A stretch of DNA of 64,000 nt from a virus: IMG/VR virus record IMGVR_UViG_3300045988_098456, one strand, 5' to 3'. Under the pieces are notes generated by a model. It saw nothing but the letters and a program-made list of their open reading frames with translations, was not told the origin of the DNA and did not search any database. Shown here in pieces: positions 1 to 8,177 of this stretch. The translations under genes and the position numbers were made by a program. The number at the start of each line of letters is the position of its first letter. Position 1 is the stretch's first letter.

Positions 1-66
1 GGAGGCTGCACGAAACTTTCTAGGAAAAAGCAGAGCTGTTGTTAGTCGAAAAGTGATTGAATGATT

Positions 67-101
67 GTTTAACGCCTTCAAGCATAAATAATAGCAGTAT
101 G
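67..101 (+). repeat. start-associated cassette, copy a
   Basis: gTTTAACGCCTTCaaGCATAAAtaATAgcAGTATG matches the consensus seen 8 times; ends in the ATG of CDS 99..275. Confidence 0.7.
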
Positions 102-275
102 GATAAAAATGTTGTGTTATCCAACGAAGAGTTGGAATTACTCATAACAGGCTTACATTGTGTAGATGAACGTAGTTATAATTTTTATACTACAACATAT
201 ACACCTTGGAGTGAAGCTAAAAAGATAAAAGAAAATTTGCGAATAAAGCTCAAAAGATTATTGTTAAATGTTTAA
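99..275 (+). CDS. hypothetical protein (58 aa)
   Basis: Frame of track ORF 57..275 (TTG); first ATG at 99 directly follows cassette a; TAA stop lies inside cassette b. Confidence 0.5.
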   Translation: MDKNVVLSNEELELLITGLHCVDERSYNFYTTTYTPWSEAKKIKENLRIKLKRLLLNV

Positions 276-303
276 CGCATCTGGGCATAAAAAATAGAAT
301 ATG
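270..303 (+). repeat. start-associated cassette, copy b
   Basis: gTTTAACGCatCTggGCATAAAAaATAgaATATG; contains the stop of the upstream CDS and the ATG of the next. Confidence 0.65.
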
Positions 304-459
304 CAAGGACAATTAGTTGATTTACGTTATGCGTATAAAGCCATTTGCAAAGCTTTGTTTGTCAAACAGGGGCAAGGTAATGAGTGGATGCAAAGAGATA
401 GACAAGAAGCCTTAAAATTGTTGCGTCAAATACAACGTATTTTAAGCTATACTTATTAA
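301..459 (+). CDS. hypothetical protein (52 aa)
   Basis: Hand-translated ORF below the track cutoff; ATG supplied by cassette b, TAA inside cassette c. Confidence 0.45.
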   Translation: MQGQLVDLRYAYKAICKALFVKQGQGNEWMQRDRQEALKLLRQIQRILSYTY

Positions 460-488
460 CGCCTTCGGGCATAAAAGATATTAGTATG
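456..488 (+). repeat. start-associated cassette, copy c
   Basis: TTAACGCCTTCGGGCATAAAAGATATTAGTATG, identical to copy h at 45371-45403; GCC-TTCG-GGC mini hairpin. Confidence 0.8.
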
Positions 489-713
489 AAAATAAGTGAT
501 TTAGTTAAAAGCTTAGAGAAAATCAAGGCAAAACACGGAGACTTGCCTATTGCTTTTGAGGTAAGTGATGATGATTGTTGTCCTATAGTCAAAATACACG
601 TCACAAAGATATATGACGATGATAGCACAATTTTAGAAGCAGGTTTCTGTGAGGTAAGAAACTTAGGTGATGGAGAGAAGTATTTAAACATTAGCGATAT
701 GTTAGGTGGTTAA
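486..713 (+). CDS. hypothetical protein (75 aa)
   Basis: Track ORF; ATG from cassette c, stop inside cassette d. Confidence 0.6.
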   Translation: MKISDLVKSLEKIKAKHGDLPIAFEVSDDDCCPIVKIHVTKIYDDDSTILEAGFCEVRNLGDGEKYLNISDMLGG

Positions 714-743
714 CTCCTTCAGACATAAATAAATAGTAATATG
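710..743 (+). repeat. start-associated cassette, copy d
   Basis: TTAACtCCTTCagaCATAAAtaAATAGTAATATG. Confidence 0.6.
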
Positions 744-872
744 AATGCAACAGAAGCAAAGAAGACGCTATTTGAGATTAGAAAAAATCTTATTGACGAT
801 AAGCAGAAGCATGCTATTTGGTTAGCAATCAAAGCTATTGATTATTGTATAAGATTGAGAAAAGGATATTAA
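741..872 (+). CDS. hypothetical protein (43 aa)
   Basis: Hand-translated; bounded by cassettes d and e. Confidence 0.4.
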   Translation: MNATEAKKTLFEIRKNLIDDKQKHAIWLAIKAIDYCIRLRKGY

Positions 873-886
873 CAGATAGTAATATG
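869..886 (+). repeat. start-associated cassette, truncated copy e
   Basis: TTAACAGATAGTAATATG keeps the TTAAC stop and the ATAGTAATATG start parts only. Confidence 0.5.
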
Positions 887-1036
887 AAAGCAAGTGAGTT
901 GATAGAGCATTTAAAATCTTACATTGACATCACGGGTGGAGATAGTGAAGTACTTGTATTTGATAAAGCAGATATTTCTTGTGATATTAAGAATACTTCT
1001 ACAGATGGTGATTATATATTTCTACACATCATCTGA
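884..1036 (+). CDS. hypothetical protein (50 aa)
   Basis: In frame with track ORF 845..1036; ATG at 884 follows cassette e. Confidence 0.5.
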   Translation: MKASELIEHLKSYIDITGGDSEVLVFDKADISCDIKNTSTDGDYIFLHII

Positions 1037-1065
1037 TAAATATACAACGAAGATACCAGAGTAAA

Positions 1066-1102
1066 TAACTATCCCTTATGGGATATAAATATAAGTAATA
1101 TG
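1066..1102 (+). repeat. start-associated cassette, variant copy f
   Basis: TAACTATCCCTTATGGGATATAAATATAAGTAATATG; ATCCC-TTAT-GGGAT hairpin replaces the GCC-TTCG-GGC one. Confidence 0.5.
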
Positions 1103-1279
1103 GTAGTATTGTTAACGATTTTAGGAACTATCTTTCTGATAGTTAGTGCAATATTTTGGTCAGAAACGCCAAAGTTGAGAACAGTAAGTATTGTAATTGC
1201 GACAGTGGCAGCAATACTTATGACCTTATGTTATGTAGGCTCTGTGCTTGCACAATATATTATAGAATTTACGAAATAA
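1100..1279 (+). CDS. small membrane protein (59 aa, two hydrophobic segments)
   Basis: Hand-translated MVVLLTILGTIFLIVSAIFW...VIATVAAILMTLCYVGSVL; ATG from cassette f. Confidence 0.5.
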   Translation: MVVLLTILGTIFLIVSAIFWSETPKLRTVSIVIATVAAILMTLCYVGSVLAQYIIEFTK

Positions 1280-1283
1280 TTAA

Positions 1284-1340
1284 CTAACCACCCTCTTCTT
1301 GGCAACAGGGAGAGGGTAAAAAGAAGAGAATATGAGATTA
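1284..1340 (+). repeat. second-type start cassette (hairpin + GGAGAGGGTAAAAAGAAGAGAATATGAGATTA)
   Basis: 32 nt (1309-1340) identical to 45793-45824, including the first three codons; 7-bp hairpin 1290-1317. Confidence 0.75.
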
Positions 1341-1580
1341 AGTGAATATAAAGCAGGTACTATCTTAGTTGATGGTGATGGCAAAGTGTTTATCCATGAT
1401 GGCTTTATTAACGCTGATGGATATGGTGTGATTATTGGTGCGGACTCTGATGGAATGATTCAAAAATCAAATGGCATTGGTAACTGGATGAAGGAAGGAT
1501 GCTGTAGAGAAGCAACTCCACAAGAAGTCATGGAGTTCTTTGCCAAGGTGCGCAAAACACAGAAGATTATCAATTACTAA
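1332..1580 (+). CDS. hypothetical protein (82 aa)
   Basis: Track ORF. Confidence 0.6.
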   Translation: MRLSEYKAGTILVDGDGKVFIHDGFINADGYGVIIGADSDGMIQKSNGIGNWMKEGCCREATPQEVMEFFAKVRKTQKIINY

Positions 1581-1592
1581 GGAGGATAAGCA

Positions 1593-1727
1593 ATGACTAT
1601 AACAATACCAATGTGGCTACTATATGTCGTAGGATGCATTGTAGCAATCGTATTATTATTTTGTTCGTATGTTGGAATAATTTTTCTGTGGGGTTTTTAT
1701 GACCCTTTAAAAAAATTTAGAAAATGA
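1593..1727 (+). CDS. small hydrophobic peptide (44 aa)
   Basis: Hand-translated MTITIPMWLLYVVGCIVAIVLLFCSYVGIIFLWGF...; ATGA overlap with the next CDS. Confidence 0.45.
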   Translation: MTITIPMWLLYVVGCIVAIVLLFCSYVGIIFLWGFYDPLKKFRK

Positions 1728-2077
1728 GCAAAATGAACGTCAAAAAGTCTCTTCTAGATGTTGTTAAAAGCAATAACTTAGAGATACTAAAAATAGATTT
1801 ATTCAATGATTTTGAGTTGTTCGTAAGGGAAGGAACTAGGGAACGTAATGAGTATTGCAAGATTTATGCAACATTAGACGATTTGGATTTTGATGTAGAG
1901 GCTTTCTTGCTTAATGATGAAGTACGTGGAATTGTATACTGCCAAGATAAAGACACAAAAGAACCAGTGTGGATTGAACCTTGGAGTGACGAATGCTGTT
2001 CTTGGTGGCAGATTAGTAGAGTTCCTTCCTTCTATAAGGATAGACTTAAAGATTTAAATATGAAAAAATATGAGTAA
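1724..2077 (+). CDS. hypothetical protein (117 aa)
   Basis: Track ORF. Confidence 0.65.
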   Translation: MSKMNVKKSLLDVVKSNNLEILKIDLFNDFELFVREGTRERNEYCKIYATLDDLDFDVEAFLLNDEVRGIVYCQDKDTKEPVWIEPWSDECCSWWQISRVPSFYKDRLKDLNMKKYE

Positions 2078-2219
2078 AGTATCGGCACTAACAATTATTG
2101 ATGATATGATTGAAAACTATACTAGAATGATGAACGCAGGAAATAAGAAAGTTCTTGTTGTTCACGCTAGAAGTTTTCTAAAACTAATCAAGCAAGAGTT
2201 AGAACTTAAAGAAGAATAG
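2070..2219 (+). CDS. hypothetical protein (49 aa)
   Basis: Hand-translated ORF filling the gap. Confidence 0.4.
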   Translation: MSKVSALTIIDDMIENYTRMMNAGNKKVLVVHARSFLKLIKQELELKEE

Positions 2220-2221
2220 TT

Positions 2222-2401
2222 ATGGAAAGAATATTCGAAGTAAATATTAGAGTTACTATTGATTCTAAGTGCAATGATAGTGACGATAATATTATAGAAG
2301 AACTTATGTATGGAGCAGATAAATATTTCTATCCATATTGTTGTAATAACGAACATATAGAGCATACTAATAGTGTTGCTTATAAAGTTAAAAATAAATG
2401 A
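2222..2401 (+). CDS. hypothetical protein (59 aa)
   Basis: Hand-translated; ATGA overlap with the YopX gene. Confidence 0.45.
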   Translation: MERIFEVNIRVTIDSKCNDSDDNIIEELMYGADKYFYPYCCNNEHIEHTNSVAYKVKNK

Positions 2402-2763
2402 GAACAATTTTATTCAAGGCAAAGAAACTGAGTGATGACGAATGGGTAAAAGGTTATTTGGTAAAGTCACCTTTCGGAACATTCATCGAGTGGTATGATG
2501 ATTCTATCTGCAACAAAGAAGAAGTCGACCCCTCTACCGTCTGTCAATATACTGGACTGAAAGATAAGAATGGAGTTGAAGTTTACGAAAATGACATTGT
2601 GAAAACAGACGATTGGGAAGAGACAATTTGTAATGTTGAATACAAAGATTATGGATTCTGCTTGTGTGGAAAATGTTTTATTGATGGCATAATGCCTTTG
2701 TATATTGCTGTAGATATTTGCGACTTGTATGTTCTTGGAAACAAATTCGATAATGAGAAGTAG
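2398..2763 (+). CDS. YopX-family protein
   Basis: FKAKK..WVKGYL...VDPSTVCQYTGLKDKNGVEVYENDIV...VLGNKFDN pattern; paralog of 47740..48105. Confidence 0.75.
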   Translation: MRTILFKAKKLSDDEWVKGYLVKSPFGTFIEWYDDSICNKEEVDPSTVCQYTGLKDKNGVEVYENDIVKTDDWEETICNVEYKDYGFCLCGKCFIDGIMPLYIAVDICDLYVLGNKFDNEK

Positions 2764-2766
2764 CAT

Positions 2767-3030
2767 ATGATAGAAAAGATATTAGAAATAGTAGCTCAAA
2801 GACTGAATGCTTTAGCCACAAAGATTTTTAAGGAAGAGTCTTATCCTTATCTTCCTCCTCTTTCAAGAAGAGAACGAAGAAAGTTTGAACGTGACAACCA
2901 AAAAGCTGAGAAGAATATAGCATTATGTCGTAGATGCATGAAGAACTCTCCTAGTTGGTGGTGTCCAGGAGAACGTTGCTATTTCTTCCCTTATCGAAGA
3001 CACGTATTATTTGGAGATAAAAATAAGTAG
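2767..3030 (+). CDS. hypothetical protein (87 aa, Cys-rich C-terminus)
   Basis: Track ORF; starts at a TAGCATATG junction. Confidence 0.55.
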   Translation: MIEKILEIVAQRLNALATKIFKEESYPYLPPLSRRERRKFERDNQKAEKNIALCRRCMKNSPSWWCPGERCYFFPYRRHVLFGDKNK

Positions 3031-3033
3031 CAT

Positions 3034-3420
3034 ATGGAAATTGTAATTTTATATATAAGTGTTAGTCTTATTTATATATTACTTGCTTGCTTGGATGGAG
3101 AAGATGTAAAACCGAAATGGAAACAATGGCTAGCTGACAAACTAGGCATCAAGCCAAAGATAGAAGTTAGATACATAAAGCCACAAGTTATTAAGCTTCA
3201 TTCAAGAGTTGCAATGTCAAGCTTTGAAATGCAATATTATTGCCGTGACAAATCTGGCATGGAGCAATTGAAGAGAAGAGCAATAGAAAGTGTGTATGAT
3301 GGCATTCTTCGGGAAATGAAGGTAAATGGATTAATTTCTATTTCGCAATATAATGACATTTATAGTAATAACACTATTTATGAGGGGGCATGTGAAATTT
3401 ATAAAACAAGTAATGTATGA
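3034..3420 (+). CDS. hypothetical protein with N-terminal TM segment
   Basis: Track ORF; MEIVILYISVSLIYILLACL; TAGCATATG junction. Confidence 0.6.
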   Translation: MEIVILYISVSLIYILLACLDGEDVKPKWKQWLADKLGIKPKIEVRYIKPQVIKLHSRVAMSSFEMQYYCRDKSGMEQLKRRAIESVYDGILREMKVNGLISISQYNDIYSNNTIYEGACEIYKTSNV

Positions 3421-3740
3421 AGATAAGACAAGCTAAGAAAATTTTGAATATGATGGAGAGAGGAACGGACACACGTTACTTCGATTCCAAATATACATTT
3501 AAGGGAGAGAGTAGATTCATTCCTAGATTAAAGAATCTCTATCAGAAAGCAACTATCAGATGGAATAAGGTAAATATGCCGAGTGCCAACGTTAGTTTGT
3601 TTCGTTCAATTTTGAGAACTTCAAAGGAATGCGGTCGTTGTAAACATTTCAATGGTATGTTCGCAGGAAGATGTACTAAACTACATGAGTATGTTGAAAG
3701 CAGCGATTGGTGTCATGGAACGTTTTTCCATAGAAAGTGA
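3417..3740 (+). CDS. hypothetical protein, MKIRQAKKI family
   Basis: N-terminus MKIRQAKKI shared with 3748.. and 48902.. Confidence 0.6.
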   Translation: MKIRQAKKILNMMERGTDTRYFDSKYTFKGESRFIPRLKNLYQKATIRWNKVNMPSANVSLFRSILRTSKECGRCKHFNGMFAGRCTKLHEYVESSDWCHGTFFHRK

Positions 3741-3747
3741 GGTTGAT

Positions 3748-4017
3748 ATGAAAATAAGACAAGCTAAGAAGATAATGAAGCAAGTCTATAAGACTAGATA
3801 TTGGGCTTATAGGCAAGGCTATTATTGTGGCAAGAAAGATGCTGGAAAGCTAGCCGGAGACCATCGTTTGTTAAAGGCTATGCGTCTTACAAAGAAGTGG
3901 AAAAGCCGCAAGATACGAAACGAAGCGAATAAAATGTTGAAGAAAAATCCGTTAAAACCGAGTGATCTTCAACGTAGTGATTTAAGATTAATGAGATATG
4001 GATGTAGCAAAGCTTAA
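3748..4017 (+). CDS. hypothetical protein, MKIRQAKKI family (89 aa)
   Basis: In frame with track ORF 3652..4017; start moved to the conserved MKIRQAKKI. Confidence 0.55.
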   Translation: MKIRQAKKIMKQVYKTRYWAYRQGYYCGKKDAGKLAGDHRLLKAMRLTKKWKSRKIRNEANKMLKKNPLKPSDLQRSDLRLMRYGCSKA

Positions 4018-4333
4018 TCGGGAAATTTTAGGCGTAGATTTGGAATACAAAAACGTCTATATTGATGCGGAGAACACAAGAATGATACGTGCCAAATTAC
4101 TTGATGGGTATTGCGATTTGGTTCGCACAGATGTGTGGACTGGTCGTGTGAATCATCCGGAAGAGCATGATATTGTAAAATATACGGCAATCTCTTGGTA
4201 TAGAGAAGAATTTGTCGGTGGAGTTGATTTAGGTCGAAACTATATGCATGCTAAATATAAGTTCTTCGAGTTGGTTGTGAATAAAAAATATATTTTGGAA
4301 ATGAAACATAAGAAAAATGAAAATGCTAGATAA
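3998..4333 (+). CDS. hypothetical protein (111 aa)
   Basis: Track ORF. Confidence 0.6.
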   Translation: MDVAKLNREILGVDLEYKNVYIDAENTRMIRAKLLDGYCDLVRTDVWTGRVNHPEEHDIVKYTAISWYREEFVGGVDLGRNYMHAKYKFFELVVNKKYILEMKHKKNENAR

Positions 4334-4745
4334 TAAGTTAATCATAGATATTCCTAAAGGAATGGAAGTGGATATTGAAAAAAGTGACTTGAAAGCGGGC
4401 ATTATAGCATTCAAGAAGAGACCCTTCAGCTATGAGGATGTTATATCTACTTTAATAGACCGTGGTCTTGGCCCTGTCGTTGCTAATGTTACTAATAGCA
4501 ATGTAGAGAAAATTGTTGCATTGGATAAGTTAATGGATATAGCTAAGTGTTATAATGGAGATTGGAAACCGGATTGGAATTCTAAAGAATATAAGCATAA
4601 TATTATGCGAACCAGCGAATATGGTATTACTTCTAGTATTGATTATAACGAAGGTGCTATTTACTTCAAGAACAAAGAAGATGCCCAAGCCGTTATTGAT
4701 AATCCGAATTTCAGAAGCATTCTTGATGCAATCTATAAGGACTAA
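4317..4745 (+). CDS. hypothetical protein (142 aa)
   Basis: Track ORF. Confidence 0.65.
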   Translation: MKMLDNKLIIDIPKGMEVDIEKSDLKAGIIAFKKRPFSYEDVISTLIDRGLGPVVANVTNSNVEKIVALDKLMDIAKCYNGDWKPDWNSKEYKHNIMRTSEYGITSSIDYNEGAIYFKNKEDAQAVIDNPNFRSILDAIYKD

Positions 4746-4750
4746 GGCTT

Positions 4751-4990
4751 ATGAAGGAAATGTTCTTTAAGAGTGTAGAGTTCCGTGAAGTCCAGCATTT
4801 GGCTTTCTCGGATGAATACATAACCGCATATGTATCTGTGAATAATGTTCCGAAGATATACATGAGTGTTAATACACCTCGTGACGAATATGGGTTTGTG
4901 AAAGGCAAGGCAAAACGTTACTTTAGAGTAGGGTTAGGGAAATGGCTCACCGAACGAGCGTTTGTTAAGAAATATTTTAGTGAAGAATAA
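4751..4990 (+). CDS. hypothetical protein (79 aa)
   Basis: Track ORF. Confidence 0.55.
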   Translation: MKEMFFKSVEFREVQHLAFSDEYITAYVSVNNVPKIYMSVNTPRDEYGFVKGKAKRYFRVGLGKWLTERAFVKKYFSEE

Positions 4991-5995
4991 ATGAATATAA
5001 AAAAGTCAGATATGGGAAATAAGATTAATGTAGCGGTAATCCTTAAGGATAAGACTCAAGGAACTAAGTTGTATAATTGGTTATATAATACAAATGTAGA
5101 GTTAGATTCAATCAGTACAACGGATAAAGAAACAGCTATATGGTGTACAAAGCAAAAAGATATTAATACCACCACTCATTTTTGTTTTTCCAAATTAGGA
5201 ACTATGAAAGGATGTCTTGATGGTTTACAGATTCTTCTTCCTTCAAAAGAAATGCGTGATTGGCGCAAGTTCGCCTGGAAGAAGGGCGATTTGCTTGTCA
5301 ATAGTTGTGGATTTCAGTGCATTTTCAAAGAATGGGCATCTGATGATTATACAAAGTTCAACGGATGCTATTCTAATAGCAGGGATGGTTACGAAGATGT
5401 ATCAAATGCAGAAACAGCTAAGTTTGACAAGTTAGATAACAATACTGCCTATGGTTATATAAGAGAGATTGAGAAAAGATGTGGTGGTAAGTTAAACCTT
5501 GAAACTTTGGAGATTGAAAAGCCTGAGTTCAAGAATGGGGATATTATCAAAATGGCTTGGGATAAATATTCAGCTATAGTAATATTTTGGGAGTATAGTA
5601 ATTTTGGGAAAGGCTTTGATTCCCATGTCTTTTTTAATATTAAGACAAAAATTATAGAATATAATATTCATGGTCATATTCTCCAAGATACGATTTTAAG
5701 ATTAGCCACAGAAGAAGAGAAAAAACAGCTCTTCTCTGCTCTCGAAAAGAGAGGCAAGGCTTGGGATGCTGAGAAGAAACAGATTGTTGATTTGAAGCCA
5801 AAGTTTGATGAGCTGAAACCATTTGATAAGGTTGTAGTAAGATGTAGCGAAGCAGATAGATGGTCTATAGATTTCTTTAGTTATAAAGTACATAACGGAT
5901 ATATATGTACAGGAGACGCTTGGTTTGGATATTGTCTTCCTTACAATGAGGAGACTGCAAAGTTAATAGGTACAACTAAAGATATGGAGGTTTAA
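4991..5995 (+). CDS. hypothetical protein, 334-aa paralog family
   Basis: Blocks QGTKLYN, PSKEMRDWRKFAWKKGD, RLATEEEKKQLFSALEKRGKAWDAEKK and PYNEETAKLIGTT are shared with 42857..43870. Confidence 0.75.
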   Translation: MNIKKSDMGNKINVAVILKDKTQGTKLYNWLYNTNVELDSISTTDKETAIWCTKQKDINTTTHFCFSKLGTMKGCLDGLQILLPSKEMRDWRKFAWKKGDLLVNSCGFQCIFKEWASDDYTKFNGCYSNSRDGYEDVSNAETAKFDKLDNNTAYGYIREIEKRCGGKLNLETLEIEKPEFKNGDIIKMAWDKYSAIVIFWEYSNFGKGFDSHVFFNIKTKIIEYNIHGHILQDTILRLATEEEKKQLFSALEKRGKAWDAEKKQIVDLKPKFDELKPFDKVVVRCSEADRWSIDFFSYKVHNGYICTGDAWFGYCLPYNEETAKLIGTTKDMEV

Positions 5996-5998
5996 GAT

Positions 5999-6145
5999 AT
6001 GGACGAAGCTTTTAAGAAAGAACTTATAGGGCATTGTAAAAGGCAAATGCAACGCTTTGAGAGAATGGGAAGAACAGATTCTTTTGCATATAAAGAACAT
6101 GCTGTTTTACTTAGTTTTCTTGAACGTCCATATTTACATTTTTAA
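5999..6145 (+). CDS. hypothetical protein (48 aa)
   Basis: Hand-translated ORF in the gap. Confidence 0.4.
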   Translation: MDEAFKKELIGHCKRQMQRFERMGRTDSFAYKEHAVLLSFLERPYLHF

Positions 6146-6158
6146 TATAACAATAGTT

Positions 6159-6476
6159 ATGATAGACGATAAGAAAATAGAAGGAGCCGCAAGAAGATAC
6201 AGCAAAGTGACGGATTGTGATAATGAAGAAGCCTTATTAATTGAAGAAGGCTTTAAGGAAGGTGCTGAGTGGGCTATCAATGATTTCTTGAAGAACTTGT
6301 GGCATCAAACAAATAAGGAGCCAGAAGGATATGATGAATGGATATTGCTGCACTATAATGTAGGCAACTATTATTCATTAGCTCAAGTCAAAGAATTCAA
6401 GTCTTGGAAAGGATTTGTTGAGAATATGCCTATAGACGGGTGGCTCTATATTGATGATTTATTCTCAAAGGAATGA
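6159..6476 (+). CDS. hypothetical protein, MIDDKKIE family (105 aa)
   Basis: Start moved to MIDDKKIEG by analogy with paralog 44082..44474 (shared AxWAINxxLKxLWH, WLYIDDL). Confidence 0.6.
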   Translation: MIDDKKIEGAARRYSKVTDCDNEEALLIEEGFKEGAEWAINDFLKNLWHQTNKEPEGYDEWILLHYNVGNYYSLAQVKEFKSWKGFVENMPIDGWLYIDDLFSKE

Positions 6477-6481
6477 GGTGA

Positions 6482-6661
6482 ATGCAAATGACCGATGCAG
6501 AATTTAATAAGTTTGTGCTTATGCTAGAGAACGAAGCGTTTCGGTTTTCGAGAAGCCAAAACGAATTTAAGGAACATCGAGTAGTGATAGAACAGTCTTT
6601 CAAGATAGGAGGGATGTTCATTCTTCGAGAGTTGGAAAAGTATTTTAATCAAAAGAAGTAA
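6482..6661 (+). CDS. hypothetical protein (59 aa)
   Basis: Hand-translated. Confidence 0.45.
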   Translation: MQMTDAEFNKFVLMLENEAFRFSRSQNEFKEHRVVIEQSFKIGGMFILRELEKYFNQKK

Positions 6662-6665
6662 GCGT

Positions 6666-6803
6666 ATGATATTATATGATAATCAATGTTTTGAGCTTTT
6701 AAAAGCTCTGTGTTATAGTGTTCCACAGAATCCAAATGTCGGTAGGTTTGAGATTGCAAACGTTATACTTGACACATTACAAAAAATAAAAGATGCGGAT
6801 TAA
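6666..6803 (+). CDS. hypothetical protein (45 aa)
   Basis: Hand-translated; TAAGCGTATG junction at the start, stop inside cassette g. Confidence 0.4.
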   Translation: MILYDNQCFELLKALCYSVPQNPNVGRFEIANVILDTLQKIKDAD

Positions 6804-6833
6804 CAGCTTTCGGGCACAAATTTAAAGATAATG
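6800..6833 (+). repeat. start-associated cassette, copy g
   Basis: TTAACaGCTTTCGGGCAcAAAtttAAAGATAATG. Confidence 0.55.
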
Positions 6834-7007
6834 ACAAAGGAAGAAATATTGGAAAAGGCATCTGATTTTGAGGATGAAGATGAGTTTGTGAAGTGTGATA
6901 GATTGCCGTTCACTGAAGAATTGTGGCTTTTACATCAGCTAGTGTATATCGGCTTGTCTTGCACCTATACAGGTCGTGGCTATATAATTGAAAAACTTAA
7001 AGATTAG
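6831..7007 (+). CDS. hypothetical protein (58 aa)
   Basis: Hand-translated; ATG from cassette g. Confidence 0.45.
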   Translation: MTKEEILEKASDFEDEDEFVKCDRLPFTEELWLLHQLVYIGLSCTYTGRGYIIEKLKD

Positions 7008-7011
7008 TAAA

Positions 7012-7788
7012 ATGGAAGCGAATGATTATTTGAAGGCTATGCAAGCTATGGACGAATTGGATAGACTTGTAACTAGTGTTTATCCGGATAAGTTCAAGTT
7101 GGTCTGCAAGAAGCATGGAATAGATGAATGCGAGGCGATGAACATGTATTCGTACTTGCAAAAGATGCATAAAGGTCAGTCTTGGTTAGTTAGATACAAG
7201 CCATTGGAATATCTAGAGCGTGTGTTAACACTAGCCAAAGAAGCTTATGCGTCTTACATGAACAACGGCTTGATTCTAAGTATGGTCAATTTTGGTGATA
7301 AGTATACAAGAATACTTGTAATATTTGAGAAAGATGGCGTAAGAAGCCAACAAGAATTTGACCTTAGAGAGCAAAGAACATATGTTGATATAGCGGACTT
7401 TATTGGAAATGGTTACTCCATCGTATCTGTTATCCGTCAGTCTGACAATGTTGATAGCGAAAAGTTTGTTGGAGAAAAGGATGAGCGAAGTCATCGTATT
7501 CCTATTTACGATGGTGACGTAATGCTTTGTTACGTGAATAAACCGGAATTTTGGAGTTCAGATTGGCGTAATAGCGGACTTTATATTTGCGAGAGCGGCT
7601 CATATCATAGATTGCTATACACCCCGAATAAGGGGTACGTAAGACATGGAGAGCCTGATGTAGATGAAGACTTCACCCTTGATATTGGGGAAGAATCCTT
7701 CAGTAGTTATGTTATGACTTTGAGTCAGTCTTGGTATAAGTTGGGTAATGTTCATGCAGGTATAGGCTTTTTGAAGGAGAAAGAATAG
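7012..7788 (+). CDS. hypothetical protein (258 aa), C-terminal part faintly YopX-like
   Basis: Track ORF 6988.. starts at TTG; first ATG is at 7012; RIPIYDGDVM...LGNVHAG. Confidence 0.65.
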   Translation: MEANDYLKAMQAMDELDRLVTSVYPDKFKLVCKKHGIDECEAMNMYSYLQKMHKGQSWLVRYKPLEYLERVLTLAKEAYASYMNNGLILSMVNFGDKYTRILVIFEKDGVRSQQEFDLREQRTYVDIADFIGNGYSIVSVIRQSDNVDSEKFVGEKDERSHRIPIYDGDVMLCYVNKPEFWSSDWRNSGLYICESGSYHRLLYTPNKGYVRHGEPDVDEDFTLDIGEESFSSYVMTLSQSWYKLGNVHAGIGFLKEKE

Positions 7789-7796
7789 AAGAGTAA

Positions 7797-7824
7797 AAGG
7801 AGAGGAATATCATTTCCCCTCCTT
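7797..7824. terminator. bidirectional hairpin between convergent genes
   Basis: AAGGAGAGG-N10-CCCCTCCTT, 8 of 9 bp, overlaps the stop of the leftward gene. Confidence 0.5.
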
Positions 7825-8151
7825 TGCCTTAATCTCCAGCTCGATAGGCTTGCCGCAATGAGGGCAGATGATAGCCGGAGATTGCGGAATGGATGGCTGC
7901 TCTGGTTGAACCTTTTGCAATGGCTCATCTGTAAGAAGTTGCCAATCCTCTACATTTAATGCAATAGCAATTTGATGCAAAGAATCTATGCTAGGAGTTG
8001 TTTTTCCATTTACTATAAGTGAAATAGCATTAGCGGTTACTCCTATTGCATCTGCTAATGATTTAGCCTTCATTTGTCGTAAATCTAGATAATACTTAAT
8101 GCGTTTACTTATATTAATAAGGTATTCGCTTTTAATGTTGCTTTTTATCAT
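7810..8151 (-). CDS. XRE-family HTH regulator with C-terminal zinc ribbon
   Basis: LRQMKAKSLADAIGVTANAISLIVNGKTTPSIDSLHQIA (HTH_3-like) and CPHCGKP; only leftward gene in the first 51 kb. Confidence 0.8.
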   Translation of the reverse strand: MIKSNIKSEYLINISKRIKYYLDLRQMKAKSLADAIGVTANAISLIVNGKTTPSIDSLHQIAIALNVEDWQLLTDEPLQKVQPEQPSIPQSPAIICPHCGKPIELEIKAKEGK

Positions 8152-8177
8152 AAAGTAATATTTTGATTATTTAGGCG

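Noticed and set aside
456-488. GCC-TTCG-GGC tetraloop hairpin as the functional core of the start-associated cassette
   Set aside because: The hairpin is present in only three of eight copies. The others conserve the sequence but not the pairing, so a purely structural explanation is not supported.
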